From: Anaerolineae bacterium | GTDB taxonomy: Bacteria; Chloroflexota; Anaerolineae; UBA1429 | DNA length: 64,000 nt | Direction: 5' to 3' | Assembly: GCA_963675785.1 (NCBI GenBank) | Contig: OY776562.1 | Span: 1,216,001 to 1,280,000, forward strand | Shown: positions 18,696-28,200 of the stretch, piece after piece | How the letters are laid out: the number at the start of each line of letters is the position of its first letter | Position numbering within the stretch: the first letter of the stretch is position 1 | Position numbers and translations under genes: made by a program | The notes under the pieces: generated by a model | What the model was told of the DNA's origin: nothing | Seen by the model: only the letters and a program-made list of their open reading frames with translations | Database searches by the model: none

Positions 18696-20018
18696 CTATG
18701 AAGCGTCCCCCGCAATTGATTTGCTGTAGAGTTCTAGTAATCGCTCTTTGCTTATCCACATTGGGCGAACACCAAACGCTTTAGGCGGTCTATCTATGGC
18801 ACTCGCCGGGTTGAAGGCCTTGCGCAAAAGCCATGTCCAGATACGGCGTACCCATACGGCAGCTCGGTCATACAGGCTGCGGGCCTTTAGTGGTGGCAAC
18901 ACTTCCAGCCCAAGCCTATCGAGCAAGCGAATAGTTGCTTTTGAAAACGGCAATGCACTGATATTGCCAACCGCTCGGATTGATTCGAAAGCAGGTGATT
19001 GGCTTACGTAATTGGCAAGTAGATGCATAGAATATTCCAGCATACACCGCATCTTTCTCGCCCAGACCAGGTCAGCCCCATCGCTGGGCATGGAAGGTAC
19101 GTGATCGCTCCAGAGATGCAGCAGCAAAACCTTTTCTCCCTTTTTCAGCTTGACGCCGTCATTCAGCGTAAAATCTGCAGGGCATTCACCCCTCTCAAGT
19201 CGGAATATACACTGCGGATCATCCGTGAACTCGTAGATGCCAAGTTTGCGCCGCTGTCGCCGATCAAAGGAGCGGACGAGTCGGCCAAGTGATCCTGTTT
19301 TGTCTGCCTCTTTTTCCTTGTCCCAGGCTCGGCGTTCTCGTCGAATGCGCCGTACCATCTTGAGAAAACGGCGCGTATCACGGACGGGTTTGAACCCACT
19401 TTTCCGTTCGGGCAGATAGATGGTTTTGACAGGAACCCAGGCAATGGGTAAATCATGTTTGACAGCCTGCCAGATCATCTCAACTTCCATCTCGAAACCA
19501 TCTGTTTCCAATGAAATCGTTTCGATGCAGTGGCGAGTCAATAAACGGTAACCGCATTGATTATCGGTCACTTTGATGCCGAGAGCGCGAGAAAGCAGCC
19601 AGGCGCCTGTTGGCGTCGTAATCCAACGCGGAAACGGCATGTGCTCAAATGTGCGCTGGCCGATGATCATCTCGCCCACACCCGCAGCATACGCCTCACA
19701 GAACAGGGGTATCTCGTCGGGATCGTGCTGTCCATCAGCATCGAGAGCAAGTACGGCGTCGTAACCCATAGCCAAAGCCTGACTATAGCCGGTTTTGAGC
19801 GCCTTTCCTTTGCCCTGATTGGCAACATGCGAGATAACTGTCGCTCCTGCCGCGGCAGCCAATTTGGCTGTATCATCGGTTGATCCATCATCAACGACCA
19901 GCACAGGCAGATATTGAGAAATGTGTGTCACAACTGCGCTGATGGTCGCAGACTCATTCCATGCAGGAACAAGCGCTATGATTTTTTGCCAAGCTTCTGA
20001 CGGGGTGTTTTGAGTCAT
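18696..20018 (-). CDS. GT2 (DPM1-like) glycosyltransferase fused to a YkoP-like C-terminal domain
   Basis: PAWNE, VDDGSTD, GKGKAL, LDADGQHDP, DNQCGYR; C-terminal half L.DG..LKKGEKVLLLHLW resembles YkoP. Confidence 0.75.
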   Translation of the reverse strand: MTQNTPSEAWQKIIALVPAWNESATISAVVTHISQYLPVLVVDDGSTDDTAKLAAAAGATVISHVANQGKGKALKTGYSQALAMGYDAVLALDADGQHDPDEIPLFCEAYAAGVGEMIIGQRTFEHMPFPRWITTPTGAWLLSRALGIKVTDNQCGYRLLTRHCIETISLETDGFEMEVEMIWQAVKHDLPIAWVPVKTIYLPERKSGFKPVRDTRRFLKMVRRIRRERRAWDKEKEADKTGSLGRLVRSFDRRQRRKLGIYEFTDDPQCIFRLERGECPADFTLNDGVKLKKGEKVLLLHLWSDHVPSMPSDGADLVWARKMRCMLEYSMHLLANYVSQSPAFESIRAVGNISALPFSKATIRLLDRLGLEVLPPLKARSLYDRAAVWVRRIWTWLLRKAFNPASAIDRPPKAFGVRPMWISKERLLELYSKSIAGDAS

Positions 20019-20032
20019 CTTTGCACCTCTAT

Positions 20033-20734
20033 CTATGCATCAAGTGTGCCATCCATGAGACTCCGTGCACGTTTGACTGCTCCAAAGAAGCGGAACGAAT
20101 CCCAAATCGGATCAAAATAACTGGTCTTGTCGATACCATAGATGGTTTTGACAGGAACCCACTCGATAGGGATCTGCCTGGCGACTGCTTGGGCGATCAC
20201 TTCGACTTCGAATTCAAAACCGGCTGTAGTCATATGCATACGTGCCAAAAAGCTGTCAGGATACAAACGAAATCCACACTGATTATCGTGGATACGCGTT
20301 TTTAGGGCAATGGAAACCATCTCTGAACCGATCGCATTTGCGATTCGACGCGTCAAGGGCATCTGCCGTCGGTTGCGACGGCCAATAATGAGGGCATCAG
20401 GTTTCTGATCGAAAACTGCCAAAAAAGCGGGAATATCAGCCGGATCATGTTGACCATCGGCATCAAGTGTTACAACAGCTTTGTAGCCATTACGTCGAGC
20501 CCAGTAAAAACCTGTTTTGAGTGCCGTTCCTTTGCCGCAATTGGCCACATGTTTGATTACAGTAGCTCCAGATTGCAGCGCTACATCGCCAGTTCCGTCA
20601 GATGAACCATCATCAACCACAGCGACAGGTAAAAAAGCGGAGGCGGTTTGAATAACGGGGCTTATTCTTGATGCCTCATTATAGGCAGGTATAAGGGCCA
20701 CAATATCACTTCTCACAATACTAAACTCCCTCAT
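20033..20734 (-). CDS. GT2 (DPM1-like) glycosyltransferase
   Basis: PAYNE, VDDGSSD, LDADGQHDP, DNQCGFR, FEFEVE. Confidence 0.88.
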   Translation of the reverse strand: MREFSIVRSDIVALIPAYNEASRISPVIQTASAFLPVAVVDDGSSDGTGDVALQSGATVIKHVANCGKGTALKTGFYWARRNGYKAVVTLDADGQHDPADIPAFLAVFDQKPDALIIGRRNRRQMPLTRRIANAIGSEMVSIALKTRIHDNQCGFRLYPDSFLARMHMTTAGFEFEVEVIAQAVARQIPIEWVPVKTIYGIDKTSYFDPIWDSFRFFGAVKRARSLMDGTLDA

Positions 20735-20839
20735 ATATCATCAAGTCTGCGCACTATCATAACACATCTGGCGCCCGTTCGAAATGGCCTCTTTCGATTT
20801 GACCTTTGAAGCCTGAGCGCATAGTCTACATACTCAAAT

Positions 20840-22144
20840 ATGGAGCTGCAGACCATGCAAATGAAAAATCACATTCCCGGATTGACGCTTACCGATCACG
20901 TTTTTGAGCTGCCACTTGACTACAGCCATCCCTCTAGCGCGGCCATCAAGGTCTTTGCACGGGAGTGCGTCGACCCTGAAAAAGCAGATCATGATCTGCC
21001 CTGGTTGCTTTTTTTGCAAGGAGGCCCGGGCTTTGGTTCTCCCCGCCCCACTGGGCGTAACGGCTGGCTCAAGCGCGCCTTGCAGGAATACCGTGTGCTA
21101 CTGCTGGACCAGCGTGGTACTGGTAACAGTACGCCTGTTCATGCCCGTACGTTGCGGGGAATGTCACCAAAAGTTCAGGCCGAGTATTTGGCACACATGC
21201 GTGCTGACAATATCGTTCGTGACGCTGAAGCCATTCGAAAACAACTAGCCGGAGACAAACCTTGGGCGGTGCTGGGACAAAGTTTTGGGGGCTTTTGCGC
21301 TCTACGGTATCTCTCAGCTGCTCCAGATGGCCTTTCTGCCTGTTATTTCACTGGCGGTTTGCCCTCTATCTGGCGAAACATCGATGATGTTTACGAAAAG
21401 ACCTATGCCACCTGCCTGAAAAAGAATCAAGCCTACTATGATCGATATCCTCAGGATGTAGAAATCGTGCACGACATTGTCAATTATCTGACCAAGCACG
21501 AGGTTTATCTTCCTGAGGGGGATCCGCTGACGGTGCGTCGTTTTCAACAGATGGGTATGGGATTCGGTGCTACCGATGGCTATGAGAACACACATTATGC
21601 TCTGGAGGGAGCTTTTGTCCAGGGGCCAGCCGGATTAGAACTAGGCTATGGTTTCTTGGCGGATTGCAGTGACGCGTCGCGATTCGATACCAATCCCATC
21701 TATGCCGTCTTGCATGAAGCTATCTATTGCCAGGGATTCGCATCCAATTGGTCAGCACAACGCATCCGTGAATGCCACCCCGAATTCGACGACATTTCGG
21801 GAGAGCGCGTGCTTTTCACTGGCGAGATGATCTACCCATGGATGTTCGATGACATGGCCGAACTCACACCTCTCAAACAGGTCGCAGAGATATTGGCTGC
21901 TAAAGAGGACTGGCCCACCTTGTACGATGCTGATGCACTGGCACAAAATGTAGTGCCCTGTGCTGCCGCCGTCTATTTCAACGATCTCTATGTTCCGGTC
22001 GAATTCTCTCTGGAGACGGCTGCCGCTGTACCGAATCTGCGCCCCTGGGTAACCAGTGAATATGAGCACAATGCCTTGCGCGCCGATGGCGAACATGTAC
22101 TGGATCGCCTTATTGGTATGACGCGTGGACAGGTATACTGCTAA
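20840..22144 (+). CDS. pip: Proline iminopeptidase (alpha/beta hydrolase)
   Basis: FLQGGPG, LDQRGTG, RADNIVRDAE, GQSFGG nucleophile, FTGEMIYPWMF, EYEHNAL. Confidence 0.88.
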   Translation: MELQTMQMKNHIPGLTLTDHVFELPLDYSHPSSAAIKVFARECVDPEKADHDLPWLLFLQGGPGFGSPRPTGRNGWLKRALQEYRVLLLDQRGTGNSTPVHARTLRGMSPKVQAEYLAHMRADNIVRDAEAIRKQLAGDKPWAVLGQSFGGFCALRYLSAAPDGLSACYFTGGLPSIWRNIDDVYEKTYATCLKKNQAYYDRYPQDVEIVHDIVNYLTKHEVYLPEGDPLTVRRFQQMGMGFGATDGYENTHYALEGAFVQGPAGLELGYGFLADCSDASRFDTNPIYAVLHEAIYCQGFASNWSAQRIRECHPEFDDISGERVLFTGEMIYPWMFDDMAELTPLKQVAEILAAKEDWPTLYDADALAQNVVPCAAAVYFNDLYVPVEFSLETAAAVPNLRPWVTSEYEHNALRADGEHVLDRLIGMTRGQVYC

Positions 22145-22155
22145 CTTTTCCTATT

Positions 22156-22193
22156 AAAACACTCCCGAATCTTGAATTCGGGAGTGTTTTTTT
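22156..22193. terminator. Bidirectional intrinsic terminator closing the CIS operon and pip
   Basis: AAAACACTCCCGAAT-CTTGA-ATTCGGGAGTGTTTT followed by TTT. Confidence 0.88.
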
Positions 22194-22221
22194 GTACGCG
22201 TGTGCCGAGAAAAGCTCGTAT

Positions 22222-25200
22222 TTATTCTGCGACGTCAGTTATGGTGATGGTCCACGTATGGGTTGTGCTTAACTCACCGGTGTCAGTAGATTGCACCGTC
22301 AGGCTATAGCTTGGCGTAGTTTCAAAGTCCAATGCGGCGTTTACGCGCAGCTCATTCCCGACGATAGTAAAGGCAGCTTGGGCCGCAGCGGTACCCGTGA
22401 TGGTATAGATGTGCGTATCTCCCGCATCCTGGTCTGTTGTGCTGAGTGTGCCCACTACTGTTCCAATGGCGGCATCTTCAGCGATTGACGTGTTTGTCAG
22501 CGCAATGGCAGTGGGTGCCTCATTGACATTCGTTACTGTAATGGTCCAAGTCTCTGTCGTACTCTGGCTAGGGGTACCATTATCTGTGGAACGTATGGTG
22601 ATGCTGTAACTGGGTGTTGTCTCAAAGTCCAATGCGGCGTTTACGCGCAGCTCATTCCCGACGATGGTAAATGCAGCTTGAGCGGCAGCACCGGCCGTGA
22701 TGGTATAGGTGTGCGCATCTCCCGCATCCTGATCCGTTGTGCTGAGCGTCCCTACTACTGTTCCAACTGTTGCATTCTCTGCCACAGTAGTGGCACTCAG
22801 CGCAATGGCCGTGGGAGCGTCGTTGGCGTCCGTTACAGTAATAGTCCAAGTATGGGTTGTGGTCAGACCACCACTGTCGGTAGATCTCACTGTCAAACTA
22901 TAGCTCGGTGTGGTTTCGTAATCCAGCGCAGCAGCCACACGCAGTTCGTTCCCGACTATGGTAAAAGCCGCCTGGGCCGCGGCGCTAGCTGTGATGGTAT
23001 AGGTGTGCGTATCATTCGTATCAGGATCGGTTGTGCTAAGCGTGCCCACTACCGTCCCCACCGTTGCACTTTCGGCTACAGTTGTAGCGCTCAGGGCGAT
23101 AGCCGTGGGTGCTTCGTTCACATTGGTGATAGTAACCTGCAGGGCCTGCTCAAACGTATTGCTAGCCGAATCCGTCACACGTACGCGAATGCTGTAGGAG
23201 CTTTTAACCTCATAGTTAAAGGAGGCAGCGGTCAGAAGGTTACTGCCGCTAATCTGGAAACTGGCGTTATTCGTATCACCTGTTCCAGCAACCAGAGCAT
23301 AGGTGAAAGTCTCATCATCGATGTCATCTGCCGAAAGTGCTCCTACGATAGTATCAGAAGGCTGATTTTCTGCAACCGAAGAAGGATCCAAGTTAATCGC
23401 AGTAGGTGCATCATTGGTATCTGTTACCTGAATCGTAAAGGCTCGCTCGTAGAAATCTCCATCACTGTCAACGACGCGCACACGGATGCTGCGAGTTGCT
23501 CCGGCCTCATAGTCGAGGATAGCGGCGGTTTTTAATTGATTCCCGCTTGCCACCTGGAACTCGGCATTATCATCATCGCCGGTGCCAGAAACCAACGAGA
23601 AAGTGAATGTCTCCCCAGCATCTTGGTCAGTAGCAGATAACGTACCAACAAGCGTGCCGCTCGGTTCGTTTTCAGCAATGCTGGAATTGGAAAGAGCAAT
23701 CGCTGTTGGCGGATCGTTTTGATCGAGTGCGGTGATGGTAAAGGCTTGTTCAACCGTGCCGCCATCTGCGTCTGAGCCACGAACGCGGATGCTAAAGCTG
23801 GATTGGGCTTCATAGTTGATGGCAACTGCTGTCTCGAGACTATCGCCGTCGATGGAGAACTTGGCATTATCGCCAGACCCTGTACCGCTTACCAACACAA
23901 AGCTGTATGGCGTAGGACCATCCACATCGGTCAGGTCAAGAGTTCCTACGGCTGTACCAATCGCCACATTTTCGTTGATTGTACTGCTCGACAGAGTCAC
24001 CGCGGTTGGATAGTCATTGATGTCAACCACCGTGATGACAAAGTTTCGCTCGAACGTCCCACCATCCAGGTCATCTACCGCAACGTGAATGTTGTAGGAA
24101 GATTTGGTCTCATAGTCAAAGACTGCGGCCGTACGTAGGATGTTTCCATCAATCGTGAATTTGTTGTTATCAGCATCACCATCTCCAGGAGTGCTTTCCA
24201 GGGAGTATGTGAAGGTGTCGCTATCTACGTCAGTTGCCAAGAAGGAGCCAACGGGGGAACCGATGGGCATGTTTTCATCTACATCAGTAGACGACAAATC
24301 CAAAGCAGTAGGTGCATCGTTAACCGGCGTTACGGTGATGGACACACGAGCAATCGCGCTAGCACCGAGGGCATCTACAACACGATAGTAGAATCTATCA
24401 CTCGTTGTCTCACTGCCATCGTGCACATAGGTAAACGTACCATTGGCGTAGAGTGTAAGATCACCGTGCAGCGTATCAGTCACAGGTGTCGTCACAACAG
24501 TCAGGGCATCGCCTTCACTGTCATAGTCGTTAGCCAATACACCTTCCGATGTCTTGGTGATACTCAAAGTCTCGCCTTCATCAACTGTATAGCTGTCGGC
24601 AACAGCATCAGGTGGATCGTTAACGGCAATCGTAGCCGAATCCAAATTGTTCGTTAGGTCGGTGTCTCGGAAGTCACTCGACAGCGATCCAATTGCGAAT
24701 TCGAGATCAGTGCCACCTGTTCCTTCATCGGGAGAGGCCTTAATTTCTATTTCAACGCTTTGACCAACTAGCAGAGTTCCAAGCTCCCAAACATCATCAG
24801 CAAATGTTCCTTGATCTGCGACATAATCGCTTATTGTCAATCCATCAGGCACGTCTAGTTCTGCGATAGCATTTGGCGCGTCACCAGGCCCGAGGTTATT
24901 GACTGTCAAGGTAAAGACGACATCTTCGTCTTCATTCACTCGAGTAGCAGAAGCGTTGATTCTACCGCGAAGGTCAGCTTGACCATCAATCGCTGTTTCG
25001 ATGGTCAGTATTTCATTGGGAGGCAGACTGTCGATTACTGCACTAGATACAGTTGCAGTAATCGGCATAGTCACTGTCACTGTCTGCGAAGTCGCGAGAT
25101 CGCCTGTCACATAAACTGTTACAGACTGCCCTGCAGCGAGATCAAAGTCTTGGTCGAATGCGTAGGTAGTGCCAGTATAGACTGTGCTGCCTACCACATA

Positions 25201-28200
25201 TTCCCAACTTGCATCCAAAAGGCAGGTTGGGATGTTGAACTTGAGTTCAGTGCCACTAGCAATGCTAGGCCCGACATTACCCAGTATTACTTCATACCCC
25301 GCTGAAAGACCAGGTACAAATGGATCGGGTATGGCTGTGGCTTCCACCGAAACATCCACACGAGGGACTATGCCAGAGTAAAGATATCGATCAACGTAAA
25401 AGGCTACCACTGTGCCTTCACCACTCAAGGCAAGATCGTGCACATTTAAACTACTCTTGTAGATATTTGTCAGAACGTTTCCGGCTGTATCATAGACATA
25501 GAGATTGTTATCATTCTCGATAAAAGCAACGCGTAACCCATCGGCACAAATCCGAACCTCAGAGTATTCGCTACCCCCAGTCGCTTCGATCACACTTAGG
25601 GAATACTGGCTACCCTGCCAAGAGGCTAACACTATAGAATTTCCCGAAAGGAAAGCCAGATGTTCTCCAGAGGCATCGATTTGCACACCATGGACTGCAA
25701 TAGAAGAATCCGGCGTAGTGATATTGGTTACCTGAGTCCATGTTCCACTGGCAATATCGCATACAAATATCTCGGCGCTGTGGTCTGCATTGCCCACGGA
25801 TGTATCCCAGTTTCCGGTAGATACAACGGCCAGTTTTTGACCATCGCTACTCAAAACAGGGCCATCGTTGACCACGCCTGCAACACTGGTGCTCAAGCGC
25901 CTGATCTCACCAGTAGTGGTGTCGAGCAAAAAGACATCTTGCACACCCTCGGCAACTTTTTGCCCTTCCACAAGTTGACGATCCGACAAGAACGCAACCA
26001 GCGTACCATCCTCGTTGAGGCTTGGCTGCATATTGACGCCGCCAGTTGTATGTGTCCGTTGGGTAAGTATGCCGGCGCTCCAGGTAAATATCTCAAAGTT
26101 AGCATCGGCGTTCTCTCCAACAAGGTCCCGGTCAGAGAAGAAAGCCAGAGAACTTCCATCGGCACTTTCGACAGGAGATAGGTTGAACCCTCCCAAAACG
26201 CTGCCGGCAGATTCAGATACCTGACTGAGTGTCCAACTTGTGCCCGACTTTTTGGCGCTATAGACTTCGATACTGCCATCACTATTCCGGTTGGTGGGGT
26301 TGATGGTAGACCAAAATGCCAATTTGGTTCCATCATAGTTCAGCGACGTATTAGCCCCTACACCCCAATACGCTGCCACGTAGGAGGTAGTCATTGCGTA
26401 AGGCGTTCCTACTGTTACAGTGATGACATCCCCTACGGAATTGATCGAAATATCCGAGTTCTCAACCAATATGCTCTCAACAGCAAGGTTCAAGTTTTGC
26501 TGCTCTACCCACAATGGTGCTGCGGCAACTTGTGCAACATTTTGGCTTTGTGTTGCCAATGATACAGTTGACTCGGCGCTCTGTATAGATGAAGCTAGGT
26601 CAATATTTTCTGTGGATTCGCCCTGGCCATTAACTACAAGGGGAATATCTACTGTCAGACCGTCATTAACTGAACTTCCGAAAGAGATAGTGTAAAAAGT
26701 GCTGACTTCACGGACCACTGGTGTGGCCTCGCTTTGAACAGTCAGCGTCACCACATAAACACCGTTTTCAGTGTAGGTATGCTCGACAGTTTGACCCTGA
26801 TCAGTGGAACCATCACCAAAGTCCCAAATGAAGCTCAAAACACCTGTGCCGTGTCCCACACTACCTTCGAAACTAATCGCAGTACCCACTGAGAATTCGG
26901 TTTGCTCAATAGTTATAGAGGGATCCTCAGGCCAAACTTCAGTGACACCTCTGACCCGGAACGAGGGGCTTGTTCCAGAGACACTTGAACGATTCGTGCC
27001 TTCCGAGTTATCACTAACGACTGTAACACGAAACAGCGCTTGATCACTGATTGCCTCATCAGCAACCGCATCCCAGAGGAATGTGCCCTCTTGTCCAAGA
27101 CGACTCGTGGTGGTGATTGGCTCAGGTGATGAGGTCGCAGGTGTAGCTATCTGCCAAGTTCCACCATCATCTAGTGAAAACTCAAAGGTAGTCGAAAGAA
27201 TTAGGTCGCCTACCGCATCGCTTTCTAAATCAGGACGGCGCGAACCATCAGGATCGTAAACGGTATAATGAATAGTCACTTCAGGGTCATCTGGACCAGA
27301 AAGAACCTCAGACGATGTCATTCCATATGCACTATCTGTCGTGCCAGGTTTTTCTACTGCGACATAGGTCGAGTTATTGGGCAAAGTCATGCCAGCCTCG
27401 TAGCCGGTGGCCATATGTGCAGGCACGATATAATTGTTCTCATAATAGCCCGAGTTTCCATCTGATGCAGAGACAGCCAAGTCAAGATCGCCGTCTTCAT
27501 CCACATCACCCCAGGCTAGATCAGTTGTTCCATAAGCAGGTGAAGTCCATGCCCAATGCAAACGTGGTTCACTGTCGGCCTGAGTGCCATTGTTGAGATA
27601 TACCTGATCTCCCTCTCCAGAGTTGCCTACGGCGAGATCGGGGTAACTATCATTGTTACAATCTCCCCAAGCTATAGAAACTGTATTAGCAGTATCCTCC
27701 GAAACCCAAGAAGGGGCTGCCTCTAGTTCTCCGTCTATATTGAGATAGATGGTGTTGGCTTGCCCATAATTGCCAAAGGAAAGGTCCATATCACCATCAG
27801 CATCTACATCAATCCAAGCTACAGAAGTCGTACTAGAGATAAACGTCGAACTCCAAATAAGGGTCATGCCAGTACCGTCATTGCGATAGACACGGTTGGG
27901 TTGATTGTAGTTGGCGACGGCTAGATCCAGATCGAGGTCGCCATCTATATCCGCCCAAGCTAGAGCTCTACTGTCATCAGTCTCTTCTGAAGTCCAGAAG
28001 GCTGAATCCTGTAACATCCCCTCATCGTTGAGATAGACGGCATTGGCTCCCTTGTTGGCGACTGACAAGTCCAACCAGCCGTCCATATCGAAATCGACCC
28101 AAGCACAGCTTTTGGAGGCAGAACCAGCTGATGACATCTCCCAATCTGGTAAACTATCGAGCTCCCTGATATAGACTTGTACGCCAGAACGGGTACCCAA

